The position numbers and the translations under genes are program-made. Positions 39,431-48,162 of a stretch of 64,000 nucleotides of DNA are shown one piece after another. Source of the DNA: an uncultured Alphaproteobacteria bacterium. GTDB lineage: Bacteria > Pseudomonadota > Alphaproteobacteria > MPNO01 > UBA830. The stretch is taken from NCBI GenBank assembly GCA_913047365.1, contig CAJWUK010000001.1:6413-70412 (forward strand). Direction: 5' to 3'. Positions within the stretch are counted from its first letter, which is position 1. Every line of letters begins with the position of its first letter. The notes below the pieces were generated by a model. It made no database searches, had not been told where the DNA came from, and saw only the letters and a list, made by a program, of their open reading frames with translations.

Positions 39431-40957
39431 CTATTCCGCCGCGTCGGACGATTCCTGCGGCACCAACATGTCGTACCAGGGCTTGTTTTCCCGGGTCTTG
39501 GCGTCGTCAACGTGTAGCGCCTTGATCTCGGTATATTCATTCATACCCTCTTCGCCGAATTCGCGTCCGATCCCGGACTGTTTGTAGCCGCCGAACGGCA
39601 TCTGCTCGGACAGCAGGTGCCAGTCGTTGATCCAGACGGTGCCAGTGCGCATCTGGCCTGCGACCGCGCGGGCGCGGTCCAGATCCTCCGACCACACGCC
39701 GCCTCCAAGACCAAAGATGGAATCGTTGGCAATTTTCACGGCCTCGTCCTCGTCCTGATATTTCAGGACGCACAACACCGGCCCGAAGATTTCCTCCTGC
39801 GCGATGGCCATGTCGTTGGTGACGTCGGTGAAGACAGTCGGCTTGATGAAGAACCCGTTGGCAAGATCGCCTTCGGTAGCACGTTCCCCGCCGCAGACAA
39901 GTCTTGCGCCCTCGGCCTTGCCTTTCTCGATGTAATCCAGAACCGTGTTCATGTGGCTTTCGGATACCACCGGTCCCACCTTGGTCGCGGGATCCAGCGG
40001 ATCACCCATGGGCAACGCGTTCAGCTTAGCTACCATCTGGCCGACGAAATCGTCATGCTGGTCCGCGGGCAGCAGCAGACGCGTGCCGGATTCGCATACC
40101 TGGCCCTGATGATAGAACGAGGCAAAGATCGATCCGTCGATGGCAATGTCCCAGTTGGCATCATGCAGTACGATATTCGGCGACTTGCCGCCGCATTCCA
40201 ACGTTACTTTTTTCAGAGTGCCGGAAGCCTTGGCCATAATGTCTTTGCCGACCTCTGTCGATCCGGTGAAGGCGATCTTGTCGACATCCGGGCTGGTGGT
40301 CAGCACCTCGCCGATCTTGCCTCCTGGGCCGGAGATGATGTTGACCACGCCGGGCGGGAACCCGCATTCATCAACAATCCGCGCCAGTTCCATGGCCGAT
40401 AACGGCGTATCAGATGCCGGTTTCAGTACAATGGTGTTGCCAGTGCCCAGCGCGGGGCCCAATTTCCAGACTGCCATCATCAGTGGGAAATTCCACGGAA
40501 TGATCGACGCGCACACACCGATGGGTTCGCGAATTGTGTAGTTGTAGGACCGGCCGGGGCGCGACATGCCCTCGATTTCTTTGGCCTCGGCGTTGTAGTT
40601 CTTCGCCATCGTGCCGAAATAGTTCATCTGCCGCTGGCCGAGGAAGGCGTCGGCGCCCGTCTTGGCTATTGTGCCGCCAGAATCCATCGATTCTAGCTGC
40701 GCCAGGTCCTTCATCCGTTCCTTCATCTTAGCCGCGAGGCCACAGATGATCTCGCTGCGCTCCTCGCCCGACATACGCGGCCAAGGGCCGTTGTCGAAAG
40801 CTTCCCGCGCGGCCGCGATGGCGTCCAGTGCATCCTTTTCGGTCGCCACGGGAATATTGGCGATAGCTTGGCTGTTCCAGGGGTTCAGGGTCGGCTTGGT
40901 CGCGCCGTCTTCCGCATCGCGAAACTTGCCGCCGATATAAAGCTGATAGGTATCCAT
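39431..40957 (-). CDS. NAD(P)-dependent aldehyde dehydrogenase
   Basis: Trimmed to ATG 40957 (MDTYQLYIGGKF...); 508 aa; catalytic LECGGKSP (Glu) and VCESGTRLL (Cys) motifs. Confidence 0.9.
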   Translation of the reverse strand: MDTYQLYIGGKFRDAEDGATKPTLNPWNSQAIANIPVATEKDALDAIAAAREAFDNGPWPRMSGEERSEIICGLAAKMKERMKDLAQLESMDSGGTIAKTGADAFLGQRQMNYFGTMAKNYNAEAKEIEGMSRPGRSYNYTIREPIGVCASIIPWNFPLMMAVWKLGPALGTGNTIVLKPASDTPLSAMELARIVDECGFPPGVVNIISGPGGKIGEVLTTSPDVDKIAFTGSTEVGKDIMAKASGTLKKVTLECGGKSPNIVLHDANWDIAIDGSIFASFYHQGQVCESGTRLLLPADQHDDFVGQMVAKLNALPMGDPLDPATKVGPVVSESHMNTVLDYIEKGKAEGARLVCGGERATEGDLANGFFIKPTVFTDVTNDMAIAQEEIFGPVLCVLKYQDEDEAVKIANDSIFGLGGGVWSEDLDRARAVAGQMRTGTVWINDWHLLSEQMPFGGYKQSGIGREFGEEGMNEYTEIKALHVDDAKTRENKPWYDMLVPQESSDAAE

Positions 40958-41290
40958 GTCCCGGTGCCTCTTAAGTTCTTTGCAGGTTGCGCCGGAACTT
41001 ATCGCAGGGCTTCGGGGCCGTCCATACACGGGAATTCGACCCCGGATGTATACGATTGCGGTTACCCCGAAAAGCACCCCGGCGCACCTCGCCGGAACCG
41101 CTGGTTATCATCTATATCGTCAGCATTAATGTGAACGGCGTATCGGTGAACCCGGAAAGGTCTATAGGACCAGCATTTGTGGGAGGGGCGCCACCGCAAC
41201 CGCCGTGGGTCGCCTCTGGATGCGCTTAATCGCACTGCTGATCGGGGCGGGTGGCGCGGTTGTGATGATCAGATCGGGACTGCTTTCCGC

Positions 41291-41336
41291 AGAATAAGAA
41301 TAACAGACGGCGGACAGAGCCACGCTTCGCCCGTCT
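41291..41336 (-). terminator. rho-independent terminator immediately after the alpha-hydroxy-acid dehydrogenase gene
   Basis: Minus strand: AGACGGGCG...CGCCGTCT hairpin directly after the stop, followed by GTTATTCTTATTCT. Confidence 0.45.
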
Positions 41337-42593
41337 TTATTGTGCCGAGGTGAAATCCGCCACGGTATATGCACCGGGGTGCCGCGTGATCACTCCCCGC
41401 AACTCTTCGATATTCCGGCACCCCAACTGGCCCATGGTCGCGCATATATCGTCGATATAGACGTCGATCAGATGCGCCGGTCCCCGGTCGCCAAGCGCCC
41501 CGAGGCTCCAAAGGAATGACTTTCCGGCGAATGCGGCCTCTGCTCCCAGCGCAACCGCCCGCGCGGCATCGACGCCGGATCGGAGGCCGCTATCATACAA
41601 AACCGTGCACTTCCCACCCACGCGGGTGGCGATTTCAGGCAAAACGTCGATTGGAGCTGGCAGCGCATCAATCTGCCGGCCACCGTGATTGGTGACGAAA
41701 ATGCCGTCCAACCCGGACTCCACCGCACGTTCGGCATCGTCCGGGTGCATGACGCCTTTCAGTACCAGCGGGCCGTCCCATTTATCCCGATAAAGCTTGA
41801 TTTCGTCCCACGTGAAAGCACCGCCGCTTTCCCGGCGGATGAACGCCGAAGCCTTTGCCAGGTCGATGCCCGGCTCCATGTAGGGGGCAAGCGATGTGAA
41901 ACGGGGTATCCCATTGCGTCCCAGAGACCGCATCCAGTGGGGTGAGCGCATCGCATCCAGCCTGAGACGCATGGTCAACTTGAAGGGATTCATGATCCCG
42001 CTTTTCACCTCCCTGGGACGGGTGGTTCGGGTGGGCGTATCCACCGTCAGGACGAGCACATTGACTCCCGCCTCCTGTGCCCGGCGCACAAGATCAAGGC
42101 CGATTTTGTGATCATTTTTCGAAAACCGGTAGAGTTGCAACCACAACACATCCGGTGCAATTTCCGCCGCCCGTTCAATATCAATCCCCGACAACAGACC
42201 CAGCGTATAGGGCACTTTCACCGCCTGCGCCGCGTGGGCCAGATAGGTTTCAGCACCCGGAAAGGCAGTCCCCGGCCCGCCGATGGGTGCGATACCGATT
42301 GGCGCCGCATAGGGTTTGCCGAAGATCGTGGTGTCCGCGGACGGTGGTGAAACGACGCGCCCGTATCGCGGAACCATTTCTACGGCGTCCAAAGCGTTCC
42401 AGTTTCGTTTGATCCCGTTATCGGCCCCTGCCCCGCCATCCGCATACTCGAAAGCAAAATTCGGCAGGCGTCTCCGCGCCCTTTCGCGCAAATCGAATGC
42501 TGTTGGATATTGCCGCTTCAGCGCAAGCTGCTGGGGTGTAGGTGCGGGACGCACCGCAACAGTTTCAGGTGGCACCGATGAGGAATCCGGCAT
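41337..42593 (-). CDS. FMN-dependent alpha-hydroxy acid dehydrogenase (L-lactate/mandelate dehydrogenase family)
   Basis: Trimmed to ATG 42593 (MPDSSSVPPETVAVRPAP...); ~419 aa with a ~40 aa N-terminal extension before the TIM-barrel FMN domain (RRRLPNFAFEYADGGAG...). Confidence 0.8.
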   Translation of the reverse strand: MPDSSSVPPETVAVRPAPTPQQLALKRQYPTAFDLRERARRRLPNFAFEYADGGAGADNGIKRNWNALDAVEMVPRYGRVVSPPSADTTIFGKPYAAPIGIAPIGGPGTAFPGAETYLAHAAQAVKVPYTLGLLSGIDIERAAEIAPDVLWLQLYRFSKNDHKIGLDLVRRAQEAGVNVLVLTVDTPTRTTRPREVKSGIMNPFKLTMRLRLDAMRSPHWMRSLGRNGIPRFTSLAPYMEPGIDLAKASAFIRRESGGAFTWDEIKLYRDKWDGPLVLKGVMHPDDAERAVESGLDGIFVTNHGGRQIDALPAPIDVLPEIATRVGGKCTVLYDSGLRSGVDAARAVALGAEAAFAGKSFLWSLGALGDRGPAHLIDVYIDDICATMGQLGCRNIEELRGVITRHPGAYTVADFTSAQ

Positions 42594-42950
42594 TCTTTGG
42601 TCTCTTTTCTTCTCTGTCCGACAGGCAATAGTTGCATCATAGACCGAGAGAGTTCGTTGCCGCCATGGGCAGACTCGAAGGGCACCCGATGAGCGTTTCC
42701 TCCCTTGCGGCATACGTCAACCTGCCGGGAAGGAAACCCGACAATTCTAGAAACAACCGAAAAAGCTTGACGTATCAGCCGGAAGTTCGCGAACAGCCCG
42801 ATTAGCAAGATCATGTTTTCGTTAAATCGCTGGAGACCGATCGCCCAAAATGAGCAATTAGGGCATGGACTCGCTTTCTGGTTCGTAATTAACTGGCGCC
42901 AATGATGGGGATCGAACCCGTTTCACGGAATAAAGCAAAAAGGGACTACA

Positions 42951-43796
42951 ATGGCGCGCAAGCTGAAATCGTTCAGCCGCCCAAAGGGCGGCACGCTTAA
43001 GAAATCGTACAACATGATCATTGCGAAGCGGCGAAAGGGCGCACTGGAAATCCAGTTCAACCGTCCCGACCGGCTGAACGCGATCAACGAGGAAATGGCC
43101 GAGGAAATCATGCACGCGATGGACGCGGTCGAACTGGACCGTAAAATTATCGCCGTCGTCCTTTCGGGGGATCAAAGATCCTTCTGCGCCGGGGCTGATC
43201 TGGGCGGTTTTCAGGACCTTCCCGAAGACCGGTATGACAATTACCGCGCACGCTACAACCAGCGTAAAAACCGGCTGCTCTACCGGTTCTTCATGAACTA
43301 CACGAAACCCGTGATATCAGCGGTGGAAGGTTATTGCCTGGGCGGCGGGTTTGAAATGGCCATGATGGGCGACATCATCATCGCCAGCGAAAGTGCCAGC
43401 TTTGGGCTGCCGGAAGGCAGGCATAGCCTGATCCCGGGCGCCGGCGGTACTCAGAACCTCCCGCGGCTGATTGGTGCCCCCCTGGCCAAGGAAATGATCT
43501 GGACCGGACGCCGGATCTCCGGAGCGGAGGCCAAGGAATACCGGATCGTCAATCACGTGGTCGAACAGGGCAAAGCACTCGTAAAAGTGCGGGAGATCGT
43601 TGAGGAAATGAAAGGCGTCGGCCCGCTGGCCACCATGATGACCAAGCAGACGATCAATCGCGGTATGGATATGACCCTTCAGCAGGGCTTCCTGCAGGAA
43701 GCGGATCTTGCCTACATGCTGTCCTGGTCGGACGACCGGACGGAAGGCCTTAAGGCGTTTTCGGAACGTCGCAAGCCGAACTTCAAGGGCCAGTAA
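42951..43796 (+). CDS. enoyl-CoA hydratase/isomerase family protein
   Basis: 281 aa; crotonase oxyanion-hole segments (SFCAGADLGG, GYCLGGGFEMAMMGD). Confidence 0.85.
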   Translation: MARKLKSFSRPKGGTLKKSYNMIIAKRRKGALEIQFNRPDRLNAINEEMAEEIMHAMDAVELDRKIIAVVLSGDQRSFCAGADLGGFQDLPEDRYDNYRARYNQRKNRLLYRFFMNYTKPVISAVEGYCLGGGFEMAMMGDIIIASESASFGLPEGRHSLIPGAGGTQNLPRLIGAPLAKEMIWTGRRISGAEAKEYRIVNHVVEQGKALVKVREIVEEMKGVGPLATMMTKQTINRGMDMTLQQGFLQEADLAYMLSWSDDRTEGLKAFSERRKPNFKGQ

Positions 43797-43829
43797 ACAG
43801 ACACACTCGAAATAGAAAAGGACAGGGAG

Positions 43830-45011
43830 ATGGCAAAAAGTTTCCTTGCAGATAAGGATATCTGCATCGTCGCCTACGGTGAGACTAAGATCGAACGCCG
43901 GGGTGGCCGTTCGGCATATGAAATCGCGGCAGAGGTCGCGGAACAGCTTTACAAAAAAACCAAGCTGGGACCGTCGGATGTCGATGGCGTCACGTTCTGC
44001 GTGCCGTTGAGCGAATGTTCGAACCCGTTCTGGTCGGGCTACGCGACCGAATATCTGGGAATTTCCGCACGATGGCTGCAGACCAGCGATATCGGCGGTG
44101 CCTCAGCCATAGGCAACGTCGCCCGCGCCGCGATGGCGATTAAGTCAGGCCTCTGCGAAACGGTCATGATCATGGGCGCGGATGCACCTTCGACGCAGTG
44201 GCGCGCCTATTACGGCAGCTATCGCAATGAATTCTGGGATCCCGTGGGCGTTCAGGGACCGCCTGGCGCCTTCGGCCTGCTGATGAACCGCTACGAACAT
44301 CAGTATGGGTTAGATTTCACGGGCCTTGGCGCGCTTGCCGTGGCCCAGCGTAACGGCGCGATCAAGAACAAGAACGCTTACGAAAAACTGCGCCAGAAGA
44401 TCACCGTCGACGACTATATTAATTCACGTCAGGTGTCTTCGCCATTGCGGCTGCTGGATTCCGTAATGTGGTGCGACGGCGGTAACGGCCTGATGATGAT
44501 GAAAACCAGCCGTGCGAAAAAACTCGGGCTGACGGACCGGGTCTACCCGATCTCTTACGACGAAATCTCTAACTTTGATTGCGCCAATCAGACGGCCGAC
44601 ATTACGAAAACCGGACACTCGATCACGGGGCCGTCGGCGCTGAAGCAGGCGAAGCTGAAACCGAAGGACGTGGACATGTTTCACCCCTACGACGACTTCC
44701 TGTTCGCGGTGATGCTGAAAACCGAACAATGCGGTTTCGCCAAGGAAGGCCAAGGGTCCCAGTTCCTGCGGGATACCGACCTAGGGCCGAAGGGCGACCT
44801 TCCGCTGAATACCGGCGGCGGTCAGATAAGCTGCGGCCAGCCGGGACTTGCCGGCGGCGGCGTCAACCTGGTCGAGGCAGTTCGCCAGTTAATGGGCGAC
44901 GGGGGTAGACGCCAGGTGCCGAATGCACGCAATGCGCTGGTGACCGGCATCGGCGTGATCCCCTATGGCCGAAACTGGGGATCGGCGAACGCCATGGTCC
45001 TGGTGAATTAA
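43830..45011 (+). CDS. thiolase-like protein, SCP-x/nonspecific lipid-transfer-protein thiolase type
   Basis: 393 aa; thiolase fold with N-terminal Cys region (CVPLSECSNP) and C-terminal GGGQISCGQPGLAGGG. Paired with a DUF35 gene, as in BbsAB/IpfDE-type systems. Confidence 0.75.
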   Translation: MAKSFLADKDICIVAYGETKIERRGGRSAYEIAAEVAEQLYKKTKLGPSDVDGVTFCVPLSECSNPFWSGYATEYLGISARWLQTSDIGGASAIGNVARAAMAIKSGLCETVMIMGADAPSTQWRAYYGSYRNEFWDPVGVQGPPGAFGLLMNRYEHQYGLDFTGLGALAVAQRNGAIKNKNAYEKLRQKITVDDYINSRQVSSPLRLLDSVMWCDGGNGLMMMKTSRAKKLGLTDRVYPISYDEISNFDCANQTADITKTGHSITGPSALKQAKLKPKDVDMFHPYDDFLFAVMLKTEQCGFAKEGQGSQFLRDTDLGPKGDLPLNTGGGQISCGQPGLAGGGVNLVEAVRQLMGDGGRRQVPNARNALVTGIGVIPYGRNWGSANAMVLVN

Positions 45012-45027
45012 GGTAAGGAGGCAAACA

Positions 45028-45471
45028 ATGGCAAAAACAGAAGCAAAACCCCGCCCGGTTCCAAAACCGACCCCTACTACCCAGGCTTTCTGGGACGGCG
45101 CCAAAAAAGGCAAATTAATGCTGCAGTGGGATCCGATGAAGCGGAAGTATCAGTTCTGGCCCCGCGCCAACAGCGTGCATACCGGCCGACGTAATCTTCA
45201 ATGGAAAGCGGCGACCGGAAAGGGCGAGCTATATTCGTTTACGATTACCCACGTACCGGTACCCGGCTTCGAATCTAAGGCCCCGTACGTCATCGGCATG
45301 ATTGAACTGGATGAAGGCGTCCGGATTATTGGCAACATGGTGAATGTCCAACCGGAAGATATTGAGATCGGCATGCGGGTGAAGGTCGCCTGGGAAAAGA
45401 TCAACGACGACATCACCTATTTCGCCTTCGAACCGGATCGGCGCGGCAAACGCCCCAAGAAGAGGAAATAA
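45028..45471 (+). CDS. Zn-ribbon/OB-fold protein (DUF35 family), thiolase partner subunit
   Basis: 147 aa; DUF35 OB-fold region (ELYSFTITHVPVPGFESKAPYVIGMIELDEGVRIIGNMV) and lysine-rich tail. Confidence 0.75.
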   Translation: MAKTEAKPRPVPKPTPTTQAFWDGAKKGKLMLQWDPMKRKYQFWPRANSVHTGRRNLQWKAATGKGELYSFTITHVPVPGFESKAPYVIGMIELDEGVRIIGNMVNVQPEDIEIGMRVKVAWEKINDDITYFAFEPDRRGKRPKKRK

Positions 45472-45477
45472 CCAGCC

Positions 45478-47019
45478 ATGAAGCTGGGGGCGATGCTGGC
45501 GGATTGCGCGCTGCGGTTTCCGGAACGCGAGGCAATCGTTTGCGAAGACCGGCGTATATCTTTTGGTGAACTGGACCGGACAGCCAATAGGTTGGCCAAC
45601 GCCCTCCTCGCCCGCGGCCAGACCGTCGGCGACCGTCTTGTTATGTATATGCCGAACAGTGCCGAACTGGTCGAAGCCATGGTGGGCGCTGCCAAATCCG
45701 GTGCCCTGATCGTTCCTGTCGCAACCCGTCTGGCCGCGCAAGAGGTCGATTACATAGTCGGCGATTGCGAACCCTGGGCGGTGATCTTCACTCCCGAATT
45801 CCGGGAGACCGCCCATGCCGCTGCAGCAAACGCTCCGAATGACCCGTTTTTGATCGCCGTGGGCGAGGCGAATGACGGTGAGATCTCCTTTTCGGCTCTG
45901 CTGGCAGAGGGTGACGAAGCCACGGCACCGCCATTACCGACCGAATTCGACGATCTGGTGATCGGCTACACGTCCGGAACGACCGGGCGGCCCAAGGGTT
46001 CAATCGCAACGCATACAGCCATCGTGTTGCTGGGTGGTTTCATCAACCCGTCCGAGTGGGGCCTGACCGCAGAAGACCGGATCATTGCCACCACGCCGAT
46101 GGCGCACCGGACGGGTCTAGGCCGTATCGCCAACGCCGTATGCCTGGGATGTGCGGTTGTCATCCTGCCGAAATTCGATCCCGTCGCCTGTGTTGACACC
46201 ATCGAACGAGAAAAAATCACGGTAATTGGGCTAGTACCCACCATTGCTCGGATGCTAATGGCGGAGATGGAAAAACGGCCGGATGCGTGCAGGACACTGC
46301 GGATGATGGTAGCGACGGGCGAGGCTTTTCCGGTCGAAATAAAGCAACGGCTCGCCGCCGCCGTCCCCCATCTGAAACTTTACAGTTTCTACGCGCAGAC
46401 GGAAGCCGGTTTCATTGCCTGCCTACGCCCAGAGGAACAACTCACCTACCCGACAAGCTGCGGACGCCCGGTGCCTGGTGTGGAGCTGCGCATCGTAGAT
46501 GCCGAGCGCAACGAGCTGCCCGTGGGCGAGACCGGTGAAATCCTGATGCGCTGCGGTGCGCCGGGACTGACCGCTATGACCCATTACTGGCGCAACCCGG
46601 AAGCCACCGAGGCCGCCTTTCATGAAGGCTGGCTTATCACCGGCGATGTCGGCCGCCTGGACGAGCACGGTTATCTCTATTTCGTCGACCGCGCAAAGGA
46701 CATGATCGTCTCCGGCGGCTTGAATATCTATTCGCGCGAAGTAGAAGATGCGCTGGAAGCACACGCGGCGGTGAACGAAGCGGCGGTGCTACCCGTCCCT
46801 GATCCTGAATTCGGGGAATCGGTTTTCGCCTATGTCACTTTTCACGAGGGTAAGACAGCGACCGAGGACGACCTTATCGAGCATTGCCGTTCGCTGATCG
46901 CGAGCTATAAGAAACCCAAGTTCGTGCGTCCGATCGATGTGCTTCCGCGCAACAGCACGGGCAAGGTGGTGAAAGTCATGCTCCGTGAAAGCGCCGCCAA
47001 AGAAACGGAAAAAATCTGA
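45478..47019 (+). CDS. AMP-binding acyl-CoA synthetase/ligase
   Basis: 513 aa; YTSGTTGRPKG AMP-binding signature and C-terminal domain. Confidence 0.9.
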   Translation: MKLGAMLADCALRFPEREAIVCEDRRISFGELDRTANRLANALLARGQTVGDRLVMYMPNSAELVEAMVGAAKSGALIVPVATRLAAQEVDYIVGDCEPWAVIFTPEFRETAHAAAANAPNDPFLIAVGEANDGEISFSALLAEGDEATAPPLPTEFDDLVIGYTSGTTGRPKGSIATHTAIVLLGGFINPSEWGLTAEDRIIATTPMAHRTGLGRIANAVCLGCAVVILPKFDPVACVDTIEREKITVIGLVPTIARMLMAEMEKRPDACRTLRMMVATGEAFPVEIKQRLAAAVPHLKLYSFYAQTEAGFIACLRPEEQLTYPTSCGRPVPGVELRIVDAERNELPVGETGEILMRCGAPGLTAMTHYWRNPEATEAAFHEGWLITGDVGRLDEHGYLYFVDRAKDMIVSGGLNIYSREVEDALEAHAAVNEAAVLPVPDPEFGESVFAYVTFHEGKTATEDDLIEHCRSLIASYKKPKFVRPIDVLPRNSTGKVVKVMLRESAAKETEKI

Positions 47020-48101
47020 TGGATCTTCTTCTCAGCGAAGAACAAACGATGCTGCGGGAAAGCGCCGTCACCTTCGCACAGCGGCAAAACGGAGCGGAAC
47101 GCCTGCGTGAAATTCGCGAATCCAATACCAAAATCGATCGCGGATTGTGGCAGGAAATGGCGAATGCAGGCTGGCTTGCTATCGCAGTATCAGAAGATGC
47201 CGGCGGTCTTGGTCTGGGAAGCACTGAAATCTGCCTGGTCGCAGAAGAACTCGGCCGCGGTCTAATCCCGGAACCCGTTCCAGCGGCAGCCGCGGTTGCT
47301 GCCGCAATTGGGAATGATCCGGCGGTTGGCGAAATTGTAGGTGGAAGTACCATTATTATGCCCGCCCTCGCCGAAGGAAAACGCGCGATCGGAGATGAGA
47401 AACCTTCGGTAAAGGCGTCGGGGTCCAACGACGATGTGCGCCTCGCCGGTGCCAAGTCGGGCATTCCGAATGCCGCAGATTGTAACGGTTTTGTCGTCTC
47501 CGCCTCCTCGCCGGATGGACCGGTCTTGGCCTATGTTGCAGCGGCGGATGCTCTGTTTTCCGCAGCGGATACCATAGATGGCGGAACGATTGACGTCCTT
47601 CAGTTCGACGACACAAGCGCCCGTATCGTCTGCGGCCCCAACGAAGCCCCGCCGGCAATCACCCGTCTTCTGGACATGCTTCACCTCGCCACTGCCGCCG
47701 AACTGCTGGGAGTTATGCACCAGGCTCATGAAATCACAGTCGAATATCTGAAAACTCGCGAACAATTCGATCGGCCCATCGGTTCATTCCAGGCCCTGCA
47801 GCACCAGGCAGTTGACAATCTGGTTGCTACCGAAATGAGCAAATCTTTGATTTATCAAGCAGCACAGGCTATCGACGCCCGCGGCAGTGCGCCCGGCCTC
47901 GCCTCGGCGGCCCTGTCACGCACCGCGACCAGCGCGCTGGACGTGTGCAAATCTACGATTCAACTGCATGGCGGTATCGGGTTCACCGATGAACACGATA
48001 TCGGACTCTACCTGAAACGGGCGATGACGCTGTCCGTCCGCTATGGAAATGCAGGGCTTCACCGCAAACGCTATGCGGCTGCCGCAGAGGCATATGCCTG
48101 A
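47019..48101 (+). CDS. acyl-CoA dehydrogenase family protein
   Basis: 360 aa; ATG overlaps ligase stop (ATGA); C-terminal ACAD helices with QLHGGIGFTDEHDIGLY. It is short for an ACAD; possibly a reduced or partner-dependent form. Confidence 0.75.
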   Translation: MDLLLSEEQTMLRESAVTFAQRQNGAERLREIRESNTKIDRGLWQEMANAGWLAIAVSEDAGGLGLGSTEICLVAEELGRGLIPEPVPAAAAVAAAIGNDPAVGEIVGGSTIIMPALAEGKRAIGDEKPSVKASGSNDDVRLAGAKSGIPNAADCNGFVVSASSPDGPVLAYVAAADALFSAADTIDGGTIDVLQFDDTSARIVCGPNEAPPAITRLLDMLHLATAAELLGVMHQAHEITVEYLKTREQFDRPIGSFQALQHQAVDNLVATEMSKSLIYQAAQAIDARGSAPGLASAALSRTATSALDVCKSTIQLHGGIGFTDEHDIGLYLKRAMTLSVRYGNAGLHRKRYAAAAEAYA

Positions 48102-48162
48102 CCACAGATTGCCTTGAACGCCACGGCTCCCTAAGAATAAAGAAAATCAGAAGGATTTTTTC

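Noticed and set aside
40958-41290. Possible small gene or riboswitch in the 330-bp leader upstream of the aldehyde dehydrogenase gene
   Set aside because: ORFs there (40987..41229 +, 41162..41374 -) look like random high-GC frames, and I recognise no riboswitch consensus. It is left as an untranslated leader.
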